A stretch of DNA of 64,000 bases from Prorocentrum cordatum (taxonomy: Eukaryota). The first letter of the stretch is position 1. Each line of letters starts with the position of its first letter. This document shows positions 20,944-32,119 of this stretch, one piece after another. The position numbers and the translations under genes are program-made. The notes beneath the pieces are model-generated. The model saw only the letters and a program-made list of their open reading frames with translations. It searched no databases and had not been told where the DNA came from. The stretch covers positions 310,001 through 374,000 of the forward strand of contig CAUYUJ010000303.1 of the NCBI GenBank assembly GCA_963575745.1. The letters run 5' to 3'.

Positions 20944-21228
20944 ACTTTAAACGGAGAAGGTTAAAGGCGAGATGTATATCGAGCATGCACCGCTGCCGTG
21001 CCTGGCTCAAGCCGGGCCCGGCCTAATATGTGATTGTGCCTCACCGAGGCGCACGATTCGTATCTGAGATCGGAAAATACCTTTTCCATTGACGATGCCT
21101 ATTCTATCCTTTACTCCAGATCCCATGCTTCGTCTTGCTCTCTTGCTCATGCGATATGAGCCAAAGCCTGGGATATGGGAACGCCTAAGGCGTAACATAT
21201 ATCTAAGCTTACCAGCGCGATTTCGACT
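20944..21228 (+). repeat. 3' LTR
   Basis: Direct repeat of 4753-5037. Confidence 0.95.
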
Positions 21229-21699
21229 ATGCAATGCGGGCGGTGCCACTGGGCCCTTCGGTGGGGCACTCTGTGGGGTCACTAGAAGTATAGGGGGCAA
21301 GTCCTCAAGAGCGTGACGGCATCTGTTTTTGAGGCCGCCCTCGTGGGCGCGCCTGAGCAACGCCCGTGCACTAGGATGTATATTCCCACCGCCCTCGTCT
21401 CTGGCGGTCGTGGTCATTGGATGTATCAGCCAGCCCACGGTACGGGCAGGGAACACTGGATCCACGCTGGCCAATGCTTGGGGTCCACCGTGCACGCCGC
21501 TGCACAGGGTGATTTGTGCATCACGCGATTTTGCTGTTTCTGAGCAGACCTACCGGGTGTCGCATCGGAAGCGCGAGGTACAGTCGGCTTCTCGGCCAGT
21601 GAGCCTGCGCGCCAGCGGCGAGGCTGCTTAAAAGATACCAAAGACCAGGCTCGCAGCCCCTCGCCAGCGCGGAACAAAAAAAGAGAGGGTAAAATCGTC

Positions 21700-22260
21700 G
21701 ATTTCCAATTGTTTTTTCAATGTTTTTCGCCTTCTCACGTTTTCCCTCTTCCAACCCTCGAAGATCGAGGATTTGGAAAAAAAGGGAATTCCCAGAATTG
21801 TTTTTTGTTTGAAAGTGGATTCCTACTCGGAGATCCCACACATCCCCTGACATCTGGCCGGTACCGCGCCTCCCAGGTTCCCGGAGGGGCCCCAAGACGC
21901 CCAAGGACAGCCCAAGACGACCCCAAGGAGCCCCCAGAACGTAAAGAACGGCCTGACACGTTCCCGCGCAGCCCGAGACACCCTTCCGACGGCTCTCCAG
22001 GCCTCCAGGAGGCCTCCAGAACCCCCAGGGAATCCGGAAGATCCCACACCCCTGAGGGGCCCGGCTAACAAAACCCGCGAGGCACAAACAAAAGACAGCG
22101 CCGAACAGTGCCGAGGAATTGGAAAAACATGGAATTGGAAAAACATAGAAGTCCCATAATTTTGGTTGTCCAAGTTTGGCTCCCGATCTACTCTTGCACA
22201 ACAGACCACAATTCAGACCACCCCCCTCACCTCCCACAAAAGAACCCAGGAAGCCTTTGA
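21700..22260. repeat. Dispersed repeat related to 620-1085
   Basis: Shared blocks CCGGTACCGCGCC, AACGTAAAGAACGGCC, GACGGCTCTCCAG and GGAGGCCTCCAGA. Confidence 0.7.
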
Positions 22261-22421
22261 AGGCCCCAAATCGTTGAATACCTTAAAGGAAATGAATGAT
22301 TTCTGCGTTTCCGCACTTCCCCTTCTATGCGATTCCGAGGCTTGCGCAGGGCCTCCAAGGGAATCCCTGGACGCAAGAAGCGACCTACTGTATATTACAT
22401 GAGTTAGCCCTTCAAGCCTAG

Positions 22422-22462
22422 CTAGAACTTGAGCGCGCGCGAAGCGCGCGCGATGGTTCTAG
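22422..22462 (+). mobile_element. Canonical Helitron-type 3' terminus
   Basis: GCGCGCGC-GAA-GCGCGCGC hairpin (22433-22451), 7-nt spacer, then CTAG (22459-22462) followed by T and an (AT)n tract. Confidence 0.65.
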
Positions 22463-22465
22463 TAC

Positions 22466-22506
<41 letters not shown>
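22466..22506. repeat. (AT)n microsatellite
   Basis: Seen directly. Confidence 0.95.
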
Positions 22507-22508
<2 letters not shown>

Positions 22509-25107
22509 TTCGGATGCAACTCCTGGGATGTCAAATTCTGATTTTGCCCTGGTCCGAAGTCTGGCTTAATCCAGCTTAATCCCGCTTACTTCCGCTCAAT
22601 CCAGTTTCATCCTGTTTAATCCCGCTTAATCCGAGGCCCACTCCGGCGCAACAGCTCCCAAACGGGGCTTAATCCTCCTTCATCTTTCCGACGAGAATCC
22701 TCCCAGTAGTTGCCTCCGTTCTCCACCGCCGTGCCAGTAGTTGTCTCCTTCATCGAAAACCTCCCCGTAGTTGTCTCGCTCTCTCTCTCTCTGCCGTGCC
22801 TGAGCCTGCCTGCCTCGTTCTCTGTCGGACCGTCCGGTCAGCTGTCTGCCTCTTCCTGGTCCCCCGCCCGCGCAGAGCCCAGGAAGGGAAAAGACCCACA
22901 GGCACAAGGAATCGTCGATTCCCTAGAAAATATGAGGAAATGTGGGAGATGGAGGGGGAGACAAAGACCCAGAGACTATACGAAAATATGGGGAATCCTG
23001 TTATCTGTGTCTGTTCACCTGTGCGTCCCAGGGCCCGTTCAAGAGCGGGCTCCCAGAGTCGGCACGGCCTGTGCGCGTTGGCGGTCGGTGGCCCCGGCCG
23101 ACGCCTCGGGGCTCCCCGGGCGCCTGTCTTGCAGGAGAGGGGGAAGGGCACGCGCGGCGGCCGACACTCGGGGCGCGTTTGCCCCACGCCCAGCGAGAGG
23201 CCACGCCACCACGTCGGATTCATCGACGATGCGTCGCGATCCTCCGCCCCCATCTACAGTGGAGGCCCATGCCAAGATACACCATGCTTGCCTCCAAGGG
23301 TGCCCCGTGTTTTCTTGGGTTTCGATGGTTCTGCGATGGAAAGCGTGACGCTCCCATACCAAAAATCGATGGACGTCCTGGGGTCTCAGCGTTGGGTCTC
23401 TTGTGGAAGGTTTCTTGTGGTCGAGCAACTGCTGCAACCTTTCTCCGCAGATCACGTTCCTGCGCCGAGTGGCCGGCAGCGGCGGCGGGCGGGCGGCGCA
23501 CCGTGGGCGCAGAGGAGCGACGCGGGCGGCGCGGAGCGCAGCACAGGCGGGAGAGGGGTCTCAGGGCTGGGTCTCTTGTGGGAGGTTTCTTGTGGTCGGG
23601 CCCATACCGTCAACCATGATAGTAAGGATGGGGTAACTTTCCAAGGCTACCCTTGCATCCTTGCCCCGTCGGTATTCGGCATCCTTCGGCATTCTGCTGC
23701 GCTCCGCACGGAAAACGTCAACATGGCGTTCCAAGGCCCTTGCATCCTTACCGCGCATCCTGACTATCCTGGTTGACTGCACCGTACTCGGACCCCGTTC
23801 GGGAGGCCTGCAGAGGATTCGCGTCCCCCTGAGGAACGCCGTGGCAGGGAACCACGACCACTGCGCATGGCGCTGGGTTTCGCCCGTGTGCGAGTGAGTT
23901 GGGACTGGCGGAGGCGCTAGGTAGCAGGACCTCGAGATATTGCCGCATGCTGCAATAGATTGATTCGCGTCCTCTCCGCAGCGCCTGAGGCCTCGCAGGC
24001 TGCGGGGAGGCCGCGTGCCGAGCGCACGGGCGCAGCGGCGAACGGCCAGTGGTCAGCTGCGGCAGTCCGCCCTGCGGCCAGGGAGCCCCCTCGAGCGCTG
24101 GCGGCCGCCGTTGCAGGAAGCACATCCTCGCGCAGCCCAGGGCAGGCGTGCTCTGGATGTCACTTGCAGCTGCTTTGCCTCCTGTATGTTGCAGCGCTCG
24201 AGTAACATCCAACAAATCGTTCAAGTCGGTGGATGGTGACGCCGACCAGGCTGAAGGCGGCGACGAGGGCGGCAGACTCTGCGGTGCTCTTGTGTCGGAT
24301 CGCCAAGCGCGCGGCACGGGCGCGCGCGTGGCGGGCGCCGTGGAACAGAAAAACGGCCAGCGCTCGCCGGAGGGGCTCTCGGGGTCCACCTCGGGACGCC
24401 CAGGGGGGCCAGGTCGTGGCGAACGTTGCGGCCCGAGCCGTGGCCTTGACGACGCCCCACTGGGGGTAGTTGCGTCCTCCTGCGGGGACGTCTTGGCCCT
24501 GTCGACAGTTGAAGTGCGTTCACGATTCCGTGAAGCGTCCTTCCAGGGGGAGATGCCTTACGCACGCCAGTGGCCAGTCCACCAGCCACACCACAGTGCA
24601 ATGCAATGTCCGCACAGGCGGGCGTTGGAGGGGCGACAGCCGCCAGGCGCGGCCTTCCGAATTTCGCCCGACTGAGCAGAAGTATTCCCAATGCCGCGGC
24701 CGCACTTCTTGGGCGCAGCCCTCCGTCACAGATTGTGCCCCTGAGCATTCGCAGTACTCTTCCCAGGTTCCGCTTCGCCAACGCAATCCCACTTCGAAGT
24801 TTGAGAGACTTCTTGGGCTCGCTTCAGCCCCACGTCCCATCCTCCAGGAGGTTCAGCGTTCGATCCAGTTCTGGCTCTCCTGCTCCGGACAGCCATCAAA
24901 ATGGCGGCGTTCTTGTGAAGCCGCGAGCTTCGGCCAGCCTGTCAACGAACGAGTCAGAGTTCTTAGGCAAAGCATTGGGAGTCTAGGACTTGTTTCCCTC
25001 AGGACCCTTTCCCCCAATGCCAAGCAAATGCGCCTCGCTGTTGCGCAGCACACGGCGCTCTCTCCAGTGATTTGTTGAAAGTCATGGGCGGAGCGCTGTC
25101 CCATGCC

Positions 25108-25242
25108 CTTGGCATCGCTAGGACGTGTGCATTTGTTCTCGACGAGAACCATCGAGGACCATCCTGGACCATCGAGCAACAAAAAACACGCACGATACCG
25201 AAGCATGCACGGGAACTGGACGTTCGAGCGACGGCAAGTGCC
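25108..25242. repeat. Dispersed repeat of about 135 bp; second copy at about 34760-34892
   Basis: CTTGGCATCGCT..GAGAACCATCGAGGACCATCCTGGACCATCGAGC..CATGCACGGGAACTGGACGT occurs at both sites. Confidence 0.85.
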
Positions 25243-26257
25243 ACGTGACCATCCCGAAGGTGCACGCGAGCCGAGCGGCCCACACTGCGTGAGCCACCTG
25301 CACAGCACTCGCCAGTAGCAGCCTGCACTGTCGGCACTTGCACCTGCTGTGTGGAGGACGATCAGTTTGAGAGGAAGCATGTTGCCACATAATTTCCAGA
25401 TGTCTGAAAGATGTTTCAAATATGTGTTCAAATATGGTCTACACATTTTGAATACATCTTTAAAGCAATGGCCGCAGCCCCCCCCCCCTGGGATACGAAG
25501 GCCGCCTTTTGGCCCCCAAGCCAGTGCCACAGGTTGGTGCCGCACTCCAGCGCCTCGCCGCTGCTTTCATGCAGAGAGCACCGCGCAAAATGCGGCGGAC
25601 ACCAGCCTCGCGCGGGCCACGGGGCTTGAAGCAGGTTGCAGAGGCTGGCGCGCTGCCCACGCTGTGATGAAGTTCGCTGACCAACGCGCGCGGACTGGGC
25701 GACCGCTACAAGAGCCGCCTCGGTTCCCAACCTCCCGCCCGCCCCGCAGTCCACACTGGGCCAGATAGGCTGCGGCGATCAGCCCTGCAGCAGGGGTCGC
25801 ACGAGTTCACGTTCGCCGCATCCCAGTCACTCCCTCGCGAAGCTGGGTTCAATGAGCGCAGAGTCCCGCCAGGCAAGTTCTTGGCCCCAACAGCATTGCG
25901 ACAGCTCCGGGAGGCTGCCGCCTGGCTGCCATGGCAGGGCTGCGCCCGCATCGGCCTGTCGCTCTGCGGCATGCTCGCCCTCGACGGCACGGCTGGCTTC
26001 CCGATTAGCCTGCAGAGCAGAGTGAGCCGCGGGGAACGGTTTCAGTGGGCCCGACTCGCATGGCAGCTGGGATCTGCCCTGCGGTAGACCACTGCCACGC
26101 TTCCTGCTACTTGTCCCGCGGCCGCCCGACCAAAGCTGCTTGAGAGCATCCAGGGCGAGGGCCTTACCGCCGTGGTCCCAGTGACCGCAGCGCGCAGGGC
26201 CCTTCTTCAGGATGCACTTATTTTCTGTATATCTGTCCGTTCTTCCTGCTATCCAGG

Positions 26258-26295
26258 TCCGTAGCCATTTTGGCTCAAGGCCATTTTGGCTCAAG
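26258..26295 (+). other. DinoSL plus tandem relict SL
   Basis: TCCGTAGCCATTTTGGCTCAAG (26258-26279) followed by G-CCATTTTGGCTCAAG (26280-26295). Confidence 0.95.
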
Positions 26296-26366
26296 TTGGC
26301 ATGTGTCCCTGACAGGCTCCTAGCTGCCCAAAGTTGCTTCAAGAGGAGGGTTGCCGCGCGTGCCTC

Positions 26367-26954
26367 ATGCTCCTGCCAGGCTGCCCGCACCTGGTCTCGC
26401 ACAAGAGTAGGGCTCTGCTTTGTTGCGTCTGCGCATCGACACTTGCGAATGCGCTGCTAGCTTTGTTGTATCGAATGCCACTGCGCGCATTTTCCTCGAC
26501 GCCGCCTGCTAGTGTGTTGGGAGGGCCTCCGAAGTCAGCTGTTGCGGTGTTCGTGCAGATGGCGAACCCGTCTGTGTGGCCGCACCTTCGGGAGTGCGTC
26601 ACCAATGTGCGAGAAGGGGCCACCTGCACTTCTCGACAAGGGGCTCGGCTGACACGGAACGTGGACGTATACATCGGAATGATCTCAGGCAGCAACAATT
26701 CCAGCATCGCTGAAGACGCCCGCTTGCTGGTGCACAGGTGGAACATGGGGGGCGAGTACCAGGCGCGATTGATCATGAATTTCTCCCTCGAGAACAAGGG
26801 CGCCGACGTGGGCTTGTTCCTTCAACAAATCCAGCAGGTACTTGACCCATCGATGTACGAGTTTCTGCTCAAAGTGCATAGCAAACGTGCAGAAGCTTGG
26901 CGGTGTCAGATGTTGACGTCGCTTTGCGGAAGTAAGGATCAGGTGAAGCACATA
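26367..26954 (+). pseudogene. RgpF (rhamnan synthesis F)-like glycosyltransferase retrogene, 5' part
   Basis: N-terminal hydrophobic anchor; ENKGADVGLFL..YEFLLKVHSK..WR..LCGS fits the RgpF pattern ENRGRDIGPFL..YDYVLKxHTK..WR..LLGS. Confidence 0.75.
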
Positions 26955-27554
26955 TCTAAAGGCTGCCGCCTCTGCCGCCGACCCCAGGGAACATCGGGGA
27001 GGTTAATTTTCTTAGTGCGCGTGGATTTCGCGTTGTGCTTGTCCGTCCTTGGGATTCATCCAAGGGTGCAGTCGGGTAACCCCTTCATGAAGGCGGAACA
27101 GTTTTATTTTCGTCTTGGAGTTTTCTTCGGTTGTCTTGGGGGCTTATGTGGCGGTCTTGGGGGCTATCCCTGGGCCTTCTCGTGTGCTCGTGGGCCCAGT
27201 GGAGGGACGGATGTCACACGTCTGGGATCTCACAATGGGTCGGCGGAGTCGTCTCCCACGGAGGTCCGACAAAATTGATTGCAGCGGCGTCCTCAAGCAA
27301 ACGGAGGTCAGGTGTTCTGGGATGTCCGAGGTGGTGTAGGCCCGTTGCCTGGGGCGGACCCCTTTCGGCATCTTGCGAGGAGGAGGCAGCAGGGAGGAGG
27401 CAGGAGGGAGGATCAGGAGGAGGAGGGAGGAGGGAGGAGGGTGGAGGGAGAAGGGTTGACCGTCCGGTTCAAGCTTCTAAGTCTCTTTTCCTCATCCCTT
27501 CCCCCTCGGCCCCCTCCCTCTTTCAGTTGTTCCCTCCGGCATCTTTGACGGTGT

Positions 27555-30500
27555 TTGTCGCCGTTCAGTCCCTGTCCGTGTTGTTCGGTGTCCGCGCAAC
27601 GTTTCAATTCGGACGTGCAGTTGCCGCATCGGTTCCCCATCACAGATGTTTGTTGCACGTGCGGGAAAGCGTGCGATAAGAAGCTCAACGACGCAGCGAT
27701 CATCAAGGTCGCGCAGATGGCACAGGACGCACAAGCAGGGTACGCCTGCGACTACTGCACGAAGCGCCAACCCATGGCTTTTCACGAAGTGAAGGAGTGC
27801 TGCAAGGGAATAGTGAAACTTAACAGGCAGCTGCAGGGCGAGAATTCGAATCGGATCGGGAAGAGAGTAGCGAACCGAATCATGAGCGACGCGTATGGCA
27901 AGGGCATCGTGCGGGGGCAAGTTGAGTGTGCGAACCTGAGGGCGTTCGCGAGGGAGGACGACGTCACTGCGGCGGAATCATTGAAGTCGTGCCAGACCAC
28001 AGCCTTTTATGGACGCGAGTACGTGGACTTGGTCGAGCGCCTGGCAGACCGCACGCCAGGCGGGCGCAAAGCGCAGTTTGCTGAAGTGGACATGCGGCAG
28101 AGGAGACGCAGAAAGGTGACCTTCCGAGACGTGGCCATGTTGTATGGGCTGCGGCCGAACGTGCCCGACCTGTGGCACTTGTCGCCGTACGAGTTCGCGA
28201 CGTTCTGGACGCCGGTGTTGGTGTCGTTCACCACGAGAGTCGGGGATGCGGACCATCCCCGGCATCACGCTGTTTTGACGCAGAAGGGCATGGACAAGGT
28301 GCGCCAGAATTGTAAGAACCCGAGATGGGAGCAGGACCTGGAACCTGTGGAGGACTACATGGTGAAGGAAGGAGGAGGCGTCGACTGGGTGCCTTATCCA
28401 GAGACAGACGGGCGCGCCCACCTTCGTCACACGTGGGTGCTCAAGCGGAACAACAGACCCAAGGCACCAACCTTTTTCGGAGCGCCCGCGCCACGCGGAC
28501 GTCCTGGAGAAGCGGAGCGATCTGCGCGCATTGTCATGACGTACTTCCACCCGTGGACGTTGAGGCCCGACGCGGCCGACGCGCACGTCGTGTTCGCAGG
28601 GGGCCTGCGCGGCGACGCGCCGACGTGGGACGCGGCCATGGTGTCGTGGCTGGACGGCGGGGTGCAGACACAGGAAGCCGCGCGGTACGTGGGCAACTTC
28701 TTGAGTGTGTACCGCGTCCGGCCACGAGACACTGAAGGAGCGGGGGATGGGACCGACGAAGACGTGAGCGACGAGGAGTTGGACGTGGGCTTCGATCAGC
28801 TCGACGAGGCGCTGAAATCCCGCGTGGGCGGGAAGAGGCGCAAGGACGGCGACGGAGACAGCAGCAGCGAGGAGGACGACGCAGACCCCGGGCAGGGGGC
28901 AGGAGGCGTCTCCCACTACGAAAATTCGAAAGAGGGCATGAGCGTCGCGCAACAGGTGTGGGGGCTCCGCGATGGCGAAACGCCGTTGAGCGAGATTCCG
29001 GGTGCATGGCCCGCAGAGGAGCCCTGCGACGTTGAGCAGGTACTCAGAGAGGCGCGGAAATCTCGGAACAAGGAGCATTCCATGGCGGACCGACTGGCGG
29101 AGGCTGACGGCGCAGTTATCGTCGCTGGCCAGGCCGCGACATCGGAGGACGTTGCCGCGTGGCTCAGGGACCTAGAGGTCCGGGTGGACAAGCAGACGGG
29201 GCGGCGTGTTGTGAATGCGAAGCAGTTCGAGATGGTGATGCAGGTGGCGAATCGAGTAATGCGCGAGATAGACGGCGAGGGAAGTGAGGACGGCAGCATG
29301 GGTGAGCCGCTGCAGTGGTGCATGCACGGGGGCCCTGGGACCGGCAAGTCGCACGTGCTTCGCATTATTCGTCATGAGCTGTTCGAGAAGGTGATGAAAT
29401 GGTCAATCGGAGTGCACTTCCAGATAACCGCCTTGCAGGCCGTCATGGCTCAGCTGCTGGGAGGCGACACCATCCACCATGCGCGTGGCATTCCGGCCAT
29501 CAAGCGGGGGGAAGAGAAAGGGGGGGAGGACGTGAAGTTGCAGTACGAGACTGCGAAGCGACTGCTCCAGTGGAGGTGGCTCTTCATCGATGAGATAAGC
29601 ATGGTGAGCGCTAGACTGCTAGCAGAAGTGGACGCGAAACTTCGCGGGGTCATTCGGGACGTGGGCACGACGAAACTCGGCGACGATGGCGTTCCACGTC
29701 CGTTCGGCGGCCTGAACGTCGTGCTGAGTGGAGATTTCTGGCAGCTGGCCCCCCCTCACGGAGGCTTCCTCGCCGACGTCCCCACGGAGCGGATTTCGGG
29801 TGCGCGCAAGTACACTTCGCTGCCACCCGTGTTGCACGGGCAATCGCTACTGTGGGGCGGGGCCGAGTGTGGGATTCAGGGCGTGACAGAGCTGGAAGAG
29901 TGCGAGCGATGCGACGACGCCTGGTTGAAGGAGGTGCAGGAGGAATTCCGAAGAGGGTCGCTGTCGGCGGATGCGCACGCATTCTTGCACGGCCGGCATA
30001 CGACCGTTCCTGGGAGCTGGTTGGGGGGGGACGTATGCTGCGGGAATCGGGCGTGTCGGGAATTGTGCAGTGGCGGAAGGGACGCAGCGTCGTCAAGCGC
30101 GGGGCAACGACGGAAACGCCCCGTGACGCCGAAAGAGATCCGCGAGCAGGAGTGCAAGGTGTGCAGAGCGGAACGCGCACGCCGCAAGCTCGTGGTGGAT
30201 GGACCCGACGACCCGCGTCTGCAGTCAGACAAGTTCCTCGAGGCGCCGGGTGTGTTCCCAAACAACGACGTGAAGTACGAAGCGAACAAGCTCCGTGCGT
30301 CCCAGTACGCACGCAAACACAGGAAGCCGATGGTGTACGTCCCTGCGCGAGATACGCCAACGCCAGAGGCGCTGCGGGAGCGGCCGGATCTGCCGCAGCA
30401 GAAGATGGCATGGCTTCAACGCCACGACAAGGAGAGCGGGGACTTGTACGGCTTCTTGCCCATCGCTGAAGGCATGCCCGTCGCTCTGACCGATCATATC

Positions 30501-31412
30501 GATCGAAGCGAGGATAAAAACCTGCTGCGCGGTCGCGTGGGCCGGGTGCAATCCTGGGCATGCGACGGGGACGGCGTCGATGATCGAGTCACGCGCGGCG
30601 GGGAGACCATATTGAAGAAAACTCCAAAAGTGATTTTCGTGTTGTTCGACGAAGGCGATGGCGGGAACGGCGGCAGGAAGCCATGCCAGTGGACGATCGA
30701 GGGATTGAAGACGCCCGGCTTGTACCCCGTGATTCCGCAGAAGAAGGATTGGTTCGTGGACAAGGGCCGTCCGCATCCGCGACTGAAGGTCAAAAGACGG
30801 CAGTTCCCGCTGGCTCCGGCCTTCGGAGTGACGGCCCATGCGGCGCAGGGGCAGACGTTCAAGCAAGGTGTCATAGTGGACCTGAGCATCGGCGGGGGCA
30901 CGTCACCTCTGTCGAGCTACGTGGCACTGACGCGGGTGCAGCGCCGCGAGGACATGCTGATCTTTCGCCCTTTTCGATATTGCGCCGTATCAGAAGAAGG
31001 ACGAACGGAAGGGCCCGGACTTACTGCTGCGCACGTTGCGCGGAGAAGAATTGGACTGGGAGGCGATAGAGCGGGAGTTCATGCCGTCTGGCAGGTGCGC
31101 GGTCTGCGGGTGCACGAAGTACAAGAACATGTACCCGACGGTCGGGCAGTGGAGCCGCGCAAATGGGCTCCGCGTGTGCAGCGTGTGTCTGGAAGAGAAG
31201 AAGAGGTCCGGCACGCCATGGCAATGCATGGAGTGTGGCCTATGGAAGAGCCAGGAGGCGTTCCACGCGTCGCAGCACCACCCGTCGAAGTTGACCACGC
31301 GGCGCTGCGTGGACTGCCCCGAGAGGCGGAAGTGTTACGTATGCGAGGTGCGGAAGTACGAGGATGCGTTCGTGGAGTTGCAATGGGAGAAGGCAGGGAA
31401 CGCCCGATGTAA
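27555..31412 (+). CDS. Helitron RepHel C-terminal part: Rep motif III plus Pif1-family helicase
   Basis: NSDVQ..YACDYCTK (two-tyrosine motif III), GGPGTGKS (about 29328-29351), FIDEISMV, GDFWQL, RRQFPLAPAFGVTAHAAQGQT, YVALTRV. Frameshift near 30975. Confidence 0.9.
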   Translation: MSPFSPCPCCSVSAQRFNSDVQLPHRFPITDVCCTCGKACDKKLNDAAIIKVAQMAQDAQAGYACDYCTKRQPMAFHEVKECCKGIVKLNRQLQGENSNRIGKRVANRIMSDAYGKGIVRGQVECANLRAFAREDDVTAAESLKSCQTTAFYGREYVDLVERLADRTPGGRKAQFAEVDMRQRRRRKVTFRDVAMLYGLRPNVPDLWHLSPYEFATFWTPVLVSFTTRVGDADHPRHHAVLTQKGMDKVRQNCKNPRWEQDLEPVEDYMVKEGGGVDWVPYPETDGRAHLRHTWVLKRNNRPKAPTFFGAPAPRGRPGEAERSARIVMTYFHPWTLRPDAADAHVVFAGGLRGDAPTWDAAMVSWLDGGVQTQEAARYVGNFLSVYRVRPRDTEGAGDGTDEDVSDEELDVGFDQLDEALKSRVGGKRRKDGDGDSSSEEDDADPGQGAGGVSHYENSKEGMSVAQQVWGLRDGETPLSEIPGAWPAEEPCDVEQVLREARKSRNKEHSMADRLAEADGAVIVAGQAATSEDVAAWLRDLEVRVDKQTGRRVVNAKQFEMVMQVANRVMREIDGEGSEDGSMGEPLQWCMHGGPGTGKSHVLRIIRHELFEKVMKWSIGVHFQITALQAVMAQLLGGDTIHHARGIPAIKRGEEKGGEDVKLQYETAKRLLQWRWLFIDEISMVSARLLAEVDAKLRGVIRDVGTTKLGDDGVPRPFGGLNVVLSGDFWQLAPPHGGFLADVPTERISGARKYTSLPPVLHGQSLLWGGAECGIQGVTELEECERCDDAWLKEVQEEFRRGSLSADAHAFLHGRHTTVPGSWLGGDVCCGNRACRELCSGGRDAASSSAGQRRKRPVTPKEIREQECKVCRAERARRKLVVDGPDDPRLQSDKFLEAPGVFPNNDVKYEANKLRASQYARKHRKPMVYVPARDTPTPEALRERPDLPQQKMAWLQRHDKESGDLYGFLPIAEGMPVALTDHIDRSEDKNLLRGRVGRVQSWACDGDGVDDRVTRGGETILKKTPKVIFVLFDEGDGGNGGRKPCQWTIEGLKTPGLYPVIPQKKDWFVDKGRPHPRLKVKRRQFPLAPAFGVTAHAAQGQTFKQGVIVDLSIGGGTSPLSSYVALTRVQRREDMLIFRPFRYCAVSEEGRTEGPGLTAAHVARRRIGLGGDRAGVHAVWQVRGLRVHEVQEHVPDGRAVEPRKWAPRVQRVSGREEEVRHAMAMHGVWPMEEPGGVPRVAAPPVEVDHAALRGLPREAEVLRMRGAEVRGCVRGVAMGEGRERPM

Positions 31413-32031
31413 AGGAGGAATGTGCCTCGAGTGCGAGGAGCCCAAGCGGCACTTGAAGTGTTCACGCTGCGGCCAGGAGCAGATGCGTGTCGAATTTTCT
31501 AGAGCGGAGCAGTGCATGGACGAACCGACATGCAAGTCGCGTAAGGCGTCGCAGAGAAAGGAGGAGAAGGCGCAGGCGGAGGCAGAAAAACGGGCAGTAT
31601 GCTCTAAGTGCGGTGGGTCGAAGACGAAGGCAGAGTTTTCCAGGTACACTCTGGACCACGCGGACAGAGCGTCGGTAGTTTGTACCACGTGCGTGGACGC
31701 CGCGGCTGCAGAGCGGGACGCGCAATCAAGGAAGTATTTGAAGACGTGCGCGAGGTGCGGGAAACGTCAGCGGCGCGAGTTCTTTTCGGGTCGCATGTGG
31801 GCCAACGTGGCTGATCAGGACCGCAAGTGCATGCGTTGCGTCGAGGAGGCGAGGGTGCAGCGCGGATGTTGGAAATGCATAGGCTGCAAGGACGTGTTCC
31901 CGAAAGTGGATTTCTGCCGCTGGTTGGCCAAGCGGACAACGAAAACATCAGATGGGAAGCAACGCTGCAACCAGTGCTTCGAACACGAAGAGCGTAAGAG
32001 GAAGGAGGTCGCCGATCGGAGTTGGGAATAG
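31036..32031 (+). CDS. Cys-rich tandem zinc-ribbon tail of RepHel (frameshifted continuation)
   Basis: About six CxxC..F..CxxC modules directly after helicase motif VI. Confidence 0.75.
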   Translation: MRGEELDWEAIEREFMPSGRCAVCGCTKYKNMYPTVGQWSRANGLRVCSVCLEEKKRSGTPWQCMECGLWKSQEAFHASQHHPSKLTTRRCVDCPERRKCYVCEVRKYEDAFVELQWEKAGNARCKGGMCLECEEPKRHLKCSRCGQEQMRVEFSRAEQCMDEPTCKSRKASQRKEEKAQAEAEKRAVCSKCGGSKTKAEFSRYTLDHADRASVVCTTCVDAAAAERDAQSRKYLKTCARCGKRQRREFFSGRMWANVADQDRKCMRCVEEARVQRGCWKCIGCKDVFPKVDFCRWLAKRTTKTSDGKQRCNQCFEHEERKRKEVADRSWE

Positions 32032-32119
32032 GTGACAAAGAAAGGAAGGTCGCAGTAGCGATGACGCGGCGGGGCGTTGCAGAATGTCGCTCGTTGCGGG
32101 TGCCCTGCGCGGTCCCAGG

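Larger units (their letters stand above)
4753..21228 (+). mobile_element. Giant Ty1/Copia-order LTR retrotransposon (16,476 bp)
   Basis: Two 285-bp direct repeats, flanking ATGCA duplication (4748-4752 and 21229-21233), PBS directly after the 5' LTR, and domain order gag-PR-INT-RT-RH. Confidence 0.95.
2521..21682 (+). pseudogene. Processed retrocopy of an SL-trans-spliced transcript (about 2.7 kb net), interrupted by the Copia element
   Basis: SL at the 5' end, A7 tract at 21676-21682, and a flanking 15-bp direct repeat AGAGGGTAAAATCGT at 2497-2511 and 21684-21698. The same repeat family continues on both outer flanks. Confidence 0.7.

Noticed and set aside
25407..25462. Imperfect AT-rich inverted repeat
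   Set aside because: Single, degenerate, with no associated TSD or second copy.
22700..26200. Many overlapping 100-300 aa ORFs
   Set aside because: GC-rich stop-poor sequence with no recognisable motifs; small host exons cannot be excluded.
26955..27278. C-terminus of ORF 26334-27278 as given in the track
   Set aside because: Read-through into element A; the real C-terminus is at 33147-33674.
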